From Dehalococcoidia bacterium (lineage in GTDB: Bacteria; Chloroflexota; Dehalococcoidia; Lucifugimonadales; JAGWBF01): DNA of 64,000 bases. Position numbers and translations under genes: made by a program. The stretch is taken from NCBI GenBank assembly GCA_965220375.1, contig OZ244824.1:200406-264405 (forward strand). The letters are read 5' to 3'. Each line of letters starts with the position of its first letter. Positions within the stretch are counted from its first letter, which is position 1. Under the pieces are notes generated by a model. It worked only from the letters and a program-made list of their open reading frames with translations. It did not search any database and was not told where the DNA came from. Positions 38,437 to 47,934 of this stretch are shown here, piece after piece.

Positions 38437-38889
38437 CTATGGCGTGGGATTCACTTCCCCCACTGAAGCATTGTCAAGATTCGCAGACCACGAAGTTACT
38501 GAGCTGGTTTCAACATCTACTTGCAGGTGGAAGGGAAGCTTAGCCTCGTATGTCTTCATACCCAATAGTGGCAGGTCTAACGAAGCCTGGGCCGAAACTG
38601 TCGCAGTTACTTCATAGATGCTGCCGGTAACATTTGCCGGTTTTGAGAAGCTCCATGACAGCAGGGCAGCTACCTGATCCGAAATTAACGTGTCGAAAAG
38701 AGAAGCTCCAGGGATACCACTGATCACCAGCGACACAACTTCAGAGACTACTGTCTCCGTGCTATTCTCAGTCCATCTCTGGGCTGCACTTAGCGCCTGG
38801 CTTTCCCTTTCAGCCTCACTATCTCCGCAGCTTAAAGCGCTCGTTGCCAGCAGGCAGGCCAATATGACAGCCATTAAGGACAACTTCAT
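38437..38889 (-). CDS. hypothetical lipoprotein
   Basis: From the internal Met the protein reads MKLSLMAVILACLLATSALSCGDSE.., a signal peptide with a lipobox-like LSC. No recognised family. The ORF-track start at 38958 adds a non-signal N-terminus. Confidence 0.45.
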   Translation of the reverse strand: MKLSLMAVILACLLATSALSCGDSEAERESQALSAAQRWTENSTETVVSEVVSLVISGIPGASLFDTLISDQVAALLSWSFSKPANVTGSIYEVTATVSAQASLDLPLLGMKTYEAKLPFHLQVDVETSSVTSWSANLDNASVGEVNPTP

Positions 38890-39183
38890 GTCTTTCCTCC
38901 TCGCACCCGGGCAGCGTTGCAGTCCGCGCAGGTGCAGGCCAGGGGATACGTACGCCACCAGTGGGGTCTCATCGCTCGCCTACTCCTCTACTTCCAGGTG
39001 GGGCCGATTGCAGCACAGGCCGGGATAGCCATCCCATGGTCTCTTGCGGCCCTCAAGCCCCTCCGACTGTGATACCAAGACAAAGCATCAGCATGACACG
39101 GTTTGTATGCTATACTATGGTTCAGGCTCGCCCTAGGGCGGTCTTTTCAGGTCTGCGCAGTCATCGATAAGGAGCGGGGGACC

Positions 39184-39579
39184 ATGGAAACTACCGGTCA
39201 GCAAGGAAATGGAGCTTGGGTTGCTGTCGATACCAAGAACCTGAAGGTCGAGGGTGAAAACAAGGGACCTGTACTCGTCGCCAGAACCTCGGGCCGCGTC
39301 GATGGCAGCAATGCCAAGGAGTTCCAGGATGCCCTCGAATCCATCCTCGGCAGCAATGCCAATGCCCTCCTCCTGGACATGAAAGACCTCTCCTACATCA
39401 GCAGCGCAGGCCTCAGGGTTATCCTTCTCATTGCTCGCCAACTCCAAGGTAAATCCGGCAAGTTCGGCGTATGCTCCCTCTCCCCTTCCATCAGCGAGGT
39501 GTTCCAGATCAGCGGCTTCGACAAGATCATCCCGGTACATACCGTTCAGGCCGATGCCCTTGCCTCCCTCGGCAGCTAG
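39184..39579 (+). CDS. STAS-domain anti-sigma-factor antagonist (SpoIIAA/RsbV-like)
   Basis: From Met 39184 (METTGQQ..). It has the phosphorylatable Ser context DMKDLSYISSAGLRVIL and the C-terminal FQISGFDKI. Upstream residues in the ORF track were rejected. Confidence 0.8.
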   Translation: METTGQQGNGAWVAVDTKNLKVEGENKGPVLVARTSGRVDGSNAKEFQDALESILGSNANALLLDMKDLSYISSAGLRVILLIARQLQGKSGKFGVCSLSPSISEVFQISGFDKIIPVHTVQADALASLGS

Positions 39580-39596
39580 ATGGGAGGCCCCGCATC

Positions 39597-40769
39597 ATGG
39601 AATCGCCTAAATCCTACAAAATCCTCGTCGTAGATGATGAACCTGATGTAGAACCCCTGGTGCTCCAGCGTATGCGACGCCACATCAGGACCGGCAAGTA
39701 CAACTTCACCTTCGCCCAAAACGGCCTAGAAGCCCTCTCCAAACTCCGCGATGACCCCGATATCGACATGGTCCTCTCCGATATCAACATGCCCCAGATG
39801 GACGGCCTCACCCTCCTAGAACAGATACCCAACGTGGACCCCGAACTCCGAGCTGTCATCATCTCCGCCTATGGAGATATGAAGAACATCCGCACCGCTA
39901 TGAACCGCGGAGCTTTCGACTTCGTCACCAAACCCATAGATTTCGAAGACCTGGAAGTAACTATCTCCCGCACCCTCAGCCACATCGAAGAGTGGCGCGA
40001 AGCTCTCTCCTCCAGGGATAAGCTCGTCGCTATCCAGAACGAGCTCGATGTCGCCAGCAACATGCAACAATCCATCCTCCCTACCCAGTTCCCCTCATCC
40101 CCATCTTTCCAGGTCTTCGGCAGCATGGAACCCGCCAGAAGCGTCGGGGGGGATTTCTTCGATGTCATCCGCCTCGAAAGCGGTCGTATAGGCCTTGCTA
40201 TCGCCGATGTGTCCGGCAAAGGGGTCCCGGCAGCCCTCTTCATGATGTCCGCACGCACCCTCCTCAAGGGTGCAGCCATAGGCTCCTCCAACCCCTCCGA
40301 TGTCCTGGTGGAGGTCAACAACCTCCTCAGCCAGGATAACGACAGCGCTATGTTCGTCACCATCCTCTACGCCGAGTACGACCCCAGCACCGGACACATC
40401 GCCTACGCCAGCGGCGGACACAACGCACCCCTCATCGTCCATGCCAACGGCTCCTCCGAACTCCTGCCTATCACCGGAGGCATCGCCCTGGGCCTTATGC
40501 CAGACCTCCCCTACACCCAGGATGAAACTACCCTCTCCCAGGGCGATACCATCATCCTCTACACCGACGGCGTCACCGAAGCTATGAACGCCGACTACGA
40601 GGAGTTCGGCAACGACAGACTCATCAATATCTTCACAGACGGCCCTCCCCAAAACTCCCATCATGCCAACGACACCGTCTTCCACTCCGTCAGAACCTTC
40701 GTCGCCGACGCTCCCCAGTCCGACGATATCACCTGCCTTACCCTCTCCAGAGGCGACTTCCCATCTTGA
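39597..40769 (+). CDS. response regulator receiver fused to PP2C (SpoIIE/RsbU-type) phosphatase
   Basis: From Met 39597: KILVVDDEPD .. MVLSDINMPQMDG .. AFDFVTKP is the REC domain. The PP2C domain follows with SVGGDFFDV, IADVSGKG, YASGGHN and LYTDGVTEA. Confidence 0.85.
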   Translation: MESPKSYKILVVDDEPDVEPLVLQRMRRHIRTGKYNFTFAQNGLEALSKLRDDPDIDMVLSDINMPQMDGLTLLEQIPNVDPELRAVIISAYGDMKNIRTAMNRGAFDFVTKPIDFEDLEVTISRTLSHIEEWREALSSRDKLVAIQNELDVASNMQQSILPTQFPSSPSFQVFGSMEPARSVGGDFFDVIRLESGRIGLAIADVSGKGVPAALFMMSARTLLKGAAIGSSNPSDVLVEVNNLLSQDNDSAMFVTILYAEYDPSTGHIAYASGGHNAPLIVHANGSSELLPITGGIALGLMPDLPYTQDETTLSQGDTIILYTDGVTEAMNADYEEFGNDRLINIFTDGPPQNSHHANDTVFHSVRTFVADAPQSDDITCLTLSRGDFPS

Positions 40770-41182
40770 CCAACTCCCTCTTGCTCAAGGTCACAAACCA
40801 CCGGGATGAACTCCCGCGCATCATCGATGCCCTCCAAGAGTTCGGTGAACAACAGGACTGGCCCCAAGACCTCGCCTTCCGGGTGCACCTTGTCGTCGAA
40901 GAGGTAGTCCTCAACATCATGGACTACAGCTTCGACTCCGGCACCCACTACATAGACCTCAACTTCTCCTCCCAACCCGACTCCCTCACCTTAGAGTTCA
41001 TCGACGGAGGTAAACCCTTCGACCCCCTAACCCAAGCCCCTCAACCCGATACCAATGCAGCTATCGATGACCGGCCTGTAGGAGGCCTAGGCATCTACCT
41101 CTCCCTGACCATGATGGACCATGCCTCATACCACAGAGAAAACAACAAAAACCACCTTACTCTCATAGCTAACCGGGACTAG
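40766..41182 (+). CDS. anti-sigma regulatory factor serine kinase (RsbW/SpoIIAB-like, HATPase_c_2)
   Basis: 138 aa with an N-box-like EEVVLNIMDY, FIDGGKPFDP and VGGLGIYL. Its start overlaps the upstream stop (40766 vs 40769). Confidence 0.75.
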   Translation: MTNSLLLKVTNHRDELPRIIDALQEFGEQQDWPQDLAFRVHLVVEEVVLNIMDYSFDSGTHYIDLNFSSQPDSLTLEFIDGGKPFDPLTQAPQPDTNAAIDDRPVGGLGIYLSLTMMDHASYHRENNKNHLTLIANRD

Positions 41183-41184
41183 TA

Positions 41185-42474
41185 ATGGGGTATCATTCCC
41201 GGGTGCTTAGTCTAAAGCTTCGCATCCTCCAACCCTTGATGGCACTGCCTGTTATCGCCATCACTGGCCTGTTGGCGGGGCTGGCATGCGGGGGTTCTCC
41301 AACACCCATCAGCCCAACGCCTCCAACTTCTCCCACCCCTGAAATTCCCGTAGACGGCGCCACACCCGGAGTCTTCGACAACCGGGTGGTGTTCGGCCAG
41401 TCGGCCGCCTTCAGCGGACCCGCCCAGGAGCTGGGCCGGAATATGCAGCTCGGCATTCTGTCAGCATTCCACGAGGTCAACCAAGCGGCCGGCGTGAATG
41501 GTAGGCAGCTTGAGTTGAAATTTGCCGACGATGCCTACGAGCCGGAAGCCGCCATTGCCAACACGCTTCAGCTGATCAATGAAGACGAGGTGTTCGCCCT
41601 TATTGGGGCTGTAGGCACCCCTACCTCCCGCTCTGCTACTCCCGTCGCAGAGGACGCCGGTGTGCCATACATGACACCCTTTACGGGAGCCGAGTTCCTG
41701 CGGGACCCCAATTGGGAGTACGTGATAAACCTGAGGTCCTCCTACTACCAGGAAACTGAAGAGATGGTTGCCCGCCTTACCGAAGATCTGGGTGTGACGC
41801 GAATCGCTGTAATGTACCAGGACGATTCCTTCGGCAGGGCCGGTTACAATGGGGTAATTCTTGCCTTGGAGAGGCGACTCCTCAAACCTGTATCCATCGG
41901 GCTATACACCCGCAACACTACCGCTGTGAAAGAGGCGCTCCTTGACCTCCAACTAGGAGAACCCGAGGCGGTGATCATAATCGGGGCCTATGAGCCTGTA
42001 GCGGCAGCAATTGCGTGGGCACCCCTGATCGAGATGGATTCGATTTTCATGACCGTTTCCTTTGTCGGAAGCAACGCCCTGGCAGAGGATCTGGCAAGCA
42101 AGAGCGTGGACGTTAGCGAAGGTGTTTACGTTACGCAAGTAGTACCCTTCCCCACCGATGACTCGCTTCCTGTAACAGCTGCTTACCTGGCAGCCCTGGA
42201 GGCCTACTCCCCCGGCGCCGTCCCAGGGTTCGTCTCTTTCGAAGGATACCTGGCGGGCCGCTTGGCCATTGAAGGCCTCCAGGGCTGCGGGCGGGATATC
42301 AAGAGGGACTGCTTCCTCGACAGCCTACGGGACAGAGACGTAGTAGATATCGATGGGTTTGAGCTGCGCTACGGCGAGGGCGACAACCAAGGGTCTGATA
42401 GTGTCTTTTTGACCCGTATAGGCGACAATTACGGATATCACCCCGTGGAAAATCTTCAGGATGTTCTGCCATGA
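41185..42474 (+). CDS. periplasmic/extracytoplasmic substrate-binding lipoprotein (branched-chain-amino-acid-type, type 1 PBP fold)
   Basis: 429 aa. Signal/lipobox LLAGLACGGS, and the ligand-binding fold pattern (VVFGQSAAFSGPA.., ALIGAVGTPTS, VIIIGAYEP). Confidence 0.75.
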   Translation: MGYHSRVLSLKLRILQPLMALPVIAITGLLAGLACGGSPTPISPTPPTSPTPEIPVDGATPGVFDNRVVFGQSAAFSGPAQELGRNMQLGILSAFHEVNQAAGVNGRQLELKFADDAYEPEAAIANTLQLINEDEVFALIGAVGTPTSRSATPVAEDAGVPYMTPFTGAEFLRDPNWEYVINLRSSYYQETEEMVARLTEDLGVTRIAVMYQDDSFGRAGYNGVILALERRLLKPVSIGLYTRNTTAVKEALLDLQLGEPEAVIIIGAYEPVAAAIAWAPLIEMDSIFMTVSFVGSNALAEDLASKSVDVSEGVYVTQVVPFPTDDSLPVTAAYLAALEAYSPGAVPGFVSFEGYLAGRLAIEGLQGCGRDIKRDCFLDSLRDRDVVDIDGFELRYGEGDNQGSDSVFLTRIGDNYGYHPVENLQDVLP

Positions 42475-44684
42475 AGTCACGATTAAAAGCGGTGCTGGGA
42501 CTGCGAAACCGCCTCTCTACACAGCTTTATGCTGCAATAGGAAGCATGGTCGTGCTTACCATTGCTGCCGGCTTGGTAGGCTGGTTCTCTTTCAACCGGG
42601 TGGGGGAAGCCCAGGACCGGGTAAACGAGAACAGCGTCCCTGAGCTGGTGGCAGCCTTCGGCGTTGCCCAGGAGGGAGGGGTCTTGGTGGTGGCAGCGCC
42701 ACGACTGACCACTGCCGAGTCACCCGCGGAGCTTGGCGAGGTATCCGCCGAAATTGCGGACGCGTACCTGGCCCTCCAGGAAGCGGTGGCTGTGTTGAGT
42801 GAGCAGAGCGAGAACACAGAAGCCTTCGCTCGCATTGAGGCCGACGCCAACTCCCTCATAGAAAACATTCTCGAAATAGAGGCGGAGAGGACCGAAACCT
42901 TCGAACTGCGGGACCGCAGCCAGACCCTGCTGGTGAGGCTCCAAGAGCTATTGGACGAACTGGACAAGACCCTGGTGGCCACCGTTGATGACCAGTGGTT
43001 CTACTTTATAACCGGATACATTACCCTCGATGAGATCAGGGCGAACCGGGAAGAACATTTTTCCGAGGACCAAGCCACTCAGTACAGGCACCTTGCAAAC
43101 CTCAAATCTGACTCAGGCATCGCGGGCTCCCTGCTGGAGAGCGTATTCAGCATATCTGAAGCGCCCCTGCTCGAACCCTTGAGAGAACGTTTCGAGTCGT
43201 CGGCGGGACGGATACAAAGGAGCCTTACAGCAATTGAAGGCACACCTCTGAGCAGACAAGTCTCTCCCTTGGCAAATACCCTGATCGTACTGGGTTCGGG
43301 GGAAGAAGGCATATTCGCTCTGCTGGACCAACAGCTGCGTCTGGCGGCCAGCCAGCGAGCTCTGCTAGCCGAGAACCGCAACATCTCAGTTAACCTGGTC
43401 ACCGAGGTCAACAGTGTGGTTAGCGCAGCTAACCTGAATGCCCAGGAAGCCACCCTCGCCTCGACCCAGGCGGCCCTGACGGGCCGGACCCTGCTTATTG
43501 GCATCAGCGCCATCAGTATCGGCGGCGCACTCCTGATCGCCTGGCTCTTCGTGGGCCGGGTGATACTGCGGCGGTTGCAGATGCTGTCCCAATGGATGCG
43601 CCGTATGGCCGGAGGGGACCTGGAAGCCCAGGTGGAGATCGGCGGACGGGATGAGGTAGCGGACATGGCAGCGGCCCTGGAGGTGTTCAGGCGGCACGCC
43701 CTCGAGGTGCAGCGACTGAACCTGGTGGAGAAGCTTGCCGGCGAGCTTCAGGGCAAGAATGATGAACTAGAAAGCGCCCTGGGTGAGCTGGAAAAGGCCC
43801 AAGACCAGATAGTTATGCGGGAAAAGCTGGCGGCCCTGGGTGAGCTAACCGCCGGCGTAGCCCACGAGATCAGAAATCCTTTGAACTTCGTCAAGAATTT
43901 CTCCGAGGTGTCCGGGGAGCTGTTGGTCGAGCTAAAGGAAGTGCTGGAGGAATCGGGAGACGCTCTAAATGATAACCAGAAGGGCCTGATCGAAGATATC
44001 TCCGGAGACCTGTCCGATAACCTGGAACGCATCGGCTCTCACAGCGAGCGGGCCAACCGCATCGTTCACGACATGCTGATGATGGGCCGAGGTTCGGCCG
44101 AGTGGCAGTTCACCGACATCAACTCACTGCTGGAGGAGTACGCCCGCCTGGCCTACCACAGCGCGCGGGCGACGGATACGGACTTCCAGTTGGACCTGCA
44201 GAATGACCTGGACCCCGAGGCAGGCGAGTTGGAGATCATTCCCCAGGACATGGGGCGGGTATTCTTGAACGTTGTCGGCAACGCCTGCTACGCAACCGAC
44301 CAGAGACGGCGCACCGCCGCCGAGCAGGGACTAAGCATCACCGAGTTTATGCCTACGGTGAAACTGGCCACCAAGCGGATAGATGATATGGTCGAGATTC
44401 GCATCAGAGACAACGGGACAGGCATGCCTCCTGAAGTAGCGGAAAAGATATTCAATCCTTTCTTCACCACCAAACCCACAGGTCAGGGTACCGGGCTCGG
44501 CCTAGCCCTCTCCAACGACATCGTGAGAGAACACGGGGGCACCATCCAGGTAGAGTCGGCCCCTGATGAGTACACCGAGATGATCATCCGTCTGCCGAAG
44601 GAGCGCTATATGCCGGATGACTCGGAAGAGGATACCGATTCTCCGGAGCCGGAGGAAGAGCTGGCGCCTTCCATGGAAGGCTAA
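42471..44684 (+). CDS. sensor histidine kinase with large extracytoplasmic domain and HAMP
   Basis: 737 aa with two TM segments flanking a ~320-aa outer domain. HAMP (MRRMAGGDLEAQVEIGGRDEVADMAAALEVF), coiled coil, H-box GVAHEIRNPLN, N/G boxes (NACYAT.., RDNGTGM, GTGLGL) and an acidic tail. The start overlaps the upstream stop. Confidence 0.85.
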   Translation: MKSRLKAVLGLRNRLSTQLYAAIGSMVVLTIAAGLVGWFSFNRVGEAQDRVNENSVPELVAAFGVAQEGGVLVVAAPRLTTAESPAELGEVSAEIADAYLALQEAVAVLSEQSENTEAFARIEADANSLIENILEIEAERTETFELRDRSQTLLVRLQELLDELDKTLVATVDDQWFYFITGYITLDEIRANREEHFSEDQATQYRHLANLKSDSGIAGSLLESVFSISEAPLLEPLRERFESSAGRIQRSLTAIEGTPLSRQVSPLANTLIVLGSGEEGIFALLDQQLRLAASQRALLAENRNISVNLVTEVNSVVSAANLNAQEATLASTQAALTGRTLLIGISAISIGGALLIAWLFVGRVILRRLQMLSQWMRRMAGGDLEAQVEIGGRDEVADMAAALEVFRRHALEVQRLNLVEKLAGELQGKNDELESALGELEKAQDQIVMREKLAALGELTAGVAHEIRNPLNFVKNFSEVSGELLVELKEVLEESGDALNDNQKGLIEDISGDLSDNLERIGSHSERANRIVHDMLMMGRGSAEWQFTDINSLLEEYARLAYHSARATDTDFQLDLQNDLDPEAGELEIIPQDMGRVFLNVVGNACYATDQRRRTAAEQGLSITEFMPTVKLATKRIDDMVEIRIRDNGTGMPPEVAEKIFNPFFTTKPTGQGTGLGLALSNDIVREHGGTIQVESAPDEYTEMIIRLPKERYMPDDSEEDTDSPEPEEELAPSMEG

Positions 44685-44768
44685 GTACCCTACATCAATC
44701 AAAGCCAGCATAGAGTGGGATTGGACAGCGCTCGCTCTCGATATGGGAAACCGGTCAGCTAGGCCAAC

Positions 44769-47174
44769 CTAGTCCCCGGCCCGCATGCTCCTGCTGAACC
44801 TGCGGGCCGCCTTTGCCATGTCTCTCAGCCGCTGCTCTACCTTGGAGTGCAACGTGCCATCAGGATAGCCCTTCTCCTCCTGCCACTCCCCCGCAGGGAC
44901 CCCGGTCAGTATTTCCATCCCTTCATCCACCGTCGAGACGCCATAGATGCTGAAAGTACCCGCCTCGACTGCTTCGATCACCTCTTCGTTCAGCGCGAGG
45001 TGCTTCAGGTTATCCCTCGGGACGATGACGCCCTGCCCGTTGGTAAGCCCCCGACTTTGGCAGATGTCGAAGAAGCCTTCAATCTTCTGAGTCGCGCCGC
45101 CGATGGCTTGGATATCGCCGTTCTGGTTGACCGCGCCGGTGATGCCTATTCCCTGGGCGATGGGCAGGCCGGAGATGGCGGAGAGCAGTGCACACAGCTC
45201 AGCCGAGGAAGCACTATCGCCGTCCACCTCGCTGTAGCTCTGCTCGAAGCTTATGCTGGCAGAAAGAGACAAGGGCTTGTCGTAGCCATATTTGCCCCGC
45301 AGGTAGCCGGTCAGCACCATGAAACCCTTGTCATGTATCTTTCCACTCAACCGGATCTCTCGCTCGACGTTCACCAATTGGCCGCGTCCCAGGGAAACTC
45401 TTGCAGTGATTCGGCTGGGCTTCCCAAAGGCTGAAGCCCCAAAGCCCAGGACAGCCAGTGCATTTATCTGTCCAACCACTTCTCCTTCGGTGGAGATGCG
45501 GATGATGCGATCCTCGATCAGCTCCTGAAGCCTGTCCTCTCGAAGGCCGGAGCGGTACTTTCGCTGCTCTTCGGCCTTCTTGACATGTTCGCCCACCACC
45601 ACTTCTTCCCCGTACGTAGCCGCCCAGTAGTTAGCTTCCGTGATGATGTCCGAAACATCGTTGAAGCGAGTGGTCAGCTTTTCCTGGTGTTCGGCCAAGC
45701 GGCTGGAGTACTCAATGATGCGAGCTACCGCCGTCTTGTGAAAGGGCATCAGGCTTCCGCCGCGCTGCCTGGCCGATACAAAAGCCGCATACTTGTCCAC
45801 GTTCTCGGGAGTCCGGTCCATCACGGTGTCGAACTCAGCCCAGACCTTGAAGAGGCGGCGGAAATCTTCATCGGCGGACCGGAGGAGGCGAAGTGTGTCC
45901 GGGGTGCCCACGAGGACTATCTTGGCATCGACCGGGATAGGCTTGGGACGAAGGGTCGATGAGGGCAACGGGTTGTTCTGCTCCCCTATGTTCTCGATTC
46001 GCACCTCGCCGCTATTAAGCACACGCTTCAGGGTCTGCCAAGAGAGGGGATTGTCCAGCAGGTCCCGCGCCTGCAGGATCAGGTACCCTCCGTTGGCTTC
46101 ATGCAGCGCTCCAGCCTTGATCATCATGTGATCGGTGGTGAGCACACCCGACCGGGCCTCGTAGTCTATACGCCCGAACAGGTTGTAATAGGTAGGGTTG
46201 GGTTCGACGATTATGGGAGCGAACTGGCAGGTTATGTTGTCCAGCAAATAGTTGACCCTGTATCTCGCAAAAGCGCCGTCGCCCGGGTGCTCCCGCGCAG
46301 GGCCTTCGCTCTCGGTCTCCACCGGCTTGAACTGGTCGCAGTGCTCCACCATATTTTCTTGGACCAACCCCAGGTATGCGACCACGTCGGGGAATTCGGC
46401 ATACTTGTCCTTCAGGTCATCAAGCATGGGAGAGAGGACGGACCGAACAACCTCCCGGTCCACCCCAAACGATTCTTCCGCTGCCGCTTTGTCTAGGCGC
46501 CTCATGTCGGCAAGGATGTCCTTGACCTTCTGCATCAGCAGGTCGGAACGTCGAAGGATGTCCCCCCGCTCTTCCTCAGACAACCCGGACAACGTCTCAT
46601 TGGACAATGGCTGCCCATTGCGCAAGGGTAGCGGCGAAAAGCCGGCAGGCGTAGAGACCAGGGCAAACTCTGCCTCCCTCGCCATCATTTCGATACTGGC
46701 GGCCATCGCCTGCCGCTTTGCTTCCAGCCCCCGGAGCGCTTCCCCCGTACGCTTGGCATACTCTTGGCCCTCGAAGACCCGAAGAGAAGCCCGCCGAACT
46801 GAGGAGACCAGCTCATCCATATCCCCCGCCAGGATCTTAACCCAGCCGCAGGGGAGGGATATTGGTACAGGTTGAGAAAGGTCCTGGAAATTGTGGACAT
46901 AGCCCCAATGAAAGGGAGGAGGCCTTCGAGAAGCCACCTGTTCTACGATAAACCTCAATGCTGTGTTCCTGCCCGTGCCAGGGAGCCCAGAAATAAACAG
47001 GTTAAAACCCCTGTCCTGTATATTCAGCGCAAGCTCCAGGGCGCTCAGTGCCCGTTCCTGCCCAATCATATCCCCCAGCGGGGGCACTTCTTCCGTGGTG
47101 GTGAAGCTTAAGGTGTCGGGATCGCACCTGTTGTTCAGCAGGTGAGCAGGAACTTCGAGGTCTTCGATGCTCAC
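44769..47174 (-). CDS. Lon-like protease of the LonC/COG1067 type (degenerate AAA+ Walker A, Ser-Lys protease domain)
   Basis: 801 aa. The N-terminus has IGQERALSALELAL and FISGLPGTGRNT. The C-terminal Lon protease domain has DGDSASSAELCALLSA and IGGATQKIEGFF. Confidence 0.8.
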   Translation of the reverse strand: MSIEDLEVPAHLLNNRCDPDTLSFTTTEEVPPLGDMIGQERALSALELALNIQDRGFNLFISGLPGTGRNTALRFIVEQVASRRPPPFHWGYVHNFQDLSQPVPISLPCGWVKILAGDMDELVSSVRRASLRVFEGQEYAKRTGEALRGLEAKRQAMAASIEMMAREAEFALVSTPAGFSPLPLRNGQPLSNETLSGLSEEERGDILRRSDLLMQKVKDILADMRRLDKAAAEESFGVDREVVRSVLSPMLDDLKDKYAEFPDVVAYLGLVQENMVEHCDQFKPVETESEGPAREHPGDGAFARYRVNYLLDNITCQFAPIIVEPNPTYYNLFGRIDYEARSGVLTTDHMMIKAGALHEANGGYLILQARDLLDNPLSWQTLKRVLNSGEVRIENIGEQNNPLPSSTLRPKPIPVDAKIVLVGTPDTLRLLRSADEDFRRLFKVWAEFDTVMDRTPENVDKYAAFVSARQRGGSLMPFHKTAVARIIEYSSRLAEHQEKLTTRFNDVSDIITEANYWAATYGEEVVVGEHVKKAEEQRKYRSGLREDRLQELIEDRIIRISTEGEVVGQINALAVLGFGASAFGKPSRITARVSLGRGQLVNVEREIRLSGKIHDKGFMVLTGYLRGKYGYDKPLSLSASISFEQSYSEVDGDSASSAELCALLSAISGLPIAQGIGITGAVNQNGDIQAIGGATQKIEGFFDICQSRGLTNGQGVIVPRDNLKHLALNEEVIEAVEAGTFSIYGVSTVDEGMEILTGVPAGEWQEEKGYPDGTLHSKVEQRLRDMAKAARRFSRSMRAGD

Positions 47175-47410
47175 TGTGGTTCTCCTAAGTTCATGAAACT
47201 GCCAACCTATCGAGACAGCAGCTCATATCCCTTGCCTCCCTTCTGATTTCTCGACAGGCCCTGACCTACTTATTGCAAGTAGGTCTCAAAGTATATCACT
47301 GTAGCAACTTCCGCCCCCAGGGATAAGGGCGGCTCACCTCCGCGTGGAAGCGCTTCCCAGATTCCTCCTCATCCTAGCCTTCTCCCCCTTGGAGACCTTT
47401 GAGTAACCCG

Positions 47411-47600
47411 GGGCTGCCCTGAGGAAAATGCAGGGACCTGGGTCTCCCGTTCGCCCTGTCCCCATTTCCGTTCACCCTGCGGGAACTCGAAGGGTCTGAG
47501 ATCTCCGTTCGCCCTAAGGGAAATCTAAGGGCCCAGGACGCCCTTTCGCCCTGAGGCAAATCGAACGGTGAACGGACAGCCGTAGTTGTGCCTTGAACAT
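47411..47600. repeat. array of 4-5 degenerate direct REP-like half-units closed by one inverted arm and the conserved tail
   Basis: GGGCTGCCCTGAGGAAAATGCAGGGACCTGG / TCCCGTTCGCCCTG / TCCGTTCACCCTGCGGGAACTCGAAGGG / TCCGTTCGCCCTAAGGGAAATCTAAGGGCC / CCTTTCGCCCTGAGGCAAATCGAACGGT, then GAACGGACAGCCGTAGTTGTGCCTTGAACAT. Confidence 0.8.
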
Positions 47601-47694
47601 CGACAATCCCACCACTCCCTCGTGTCCTATCCGGAGAGTTGAGCAAAGATCTGGCTGGGCGAATGGAAATCTAGTCTTTGGATGCTAGCTCCCC

Positions 47695-47724
47695 TTCAGA
47701 TAGGCGTCTCAGCCATGCTATAAT
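47695..47724 (+). promoter_or_regulatory. candidate promoter TTCAGA-N18-TATAAT (TGC-extended -10) about 210 nt upstream of prs
   Basis: TATAAT lies at 47719-47724, preceded by ATGC exactly as at the rpsO promoter. The -35 is weak. Confidence 0.35.
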
Positions 47725-47934
47725 TGCCATCGCTCATGACATAATAGGATGCTGACCGTTGGTTAGACCGGCTGCCGGGTTCATCCCTTAAGTCAACCCC
47801 CAAAACCCGGACCGCAGGAGCGAAAAGCTTCCACCGGACGGACCCACACACAGCCCGGCAAGGCGTACGCCAGCCTCGTGGCGGGAAGAGTCCTGCGGGC
47901 AGCCTGATATCACCTACTGAGTAAGGAGCGCTGC

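Noticed and set aside
39103-39183. Upstream extension of the STAS gene, and of the REC-PP2C gene (39471-39596).
   Set aside because: The extensions are non-homologous. In the second case the extension overlaps the STAS coding region in another frame. Internal Met codons at 39184 and 39597 give full-length domain matches.
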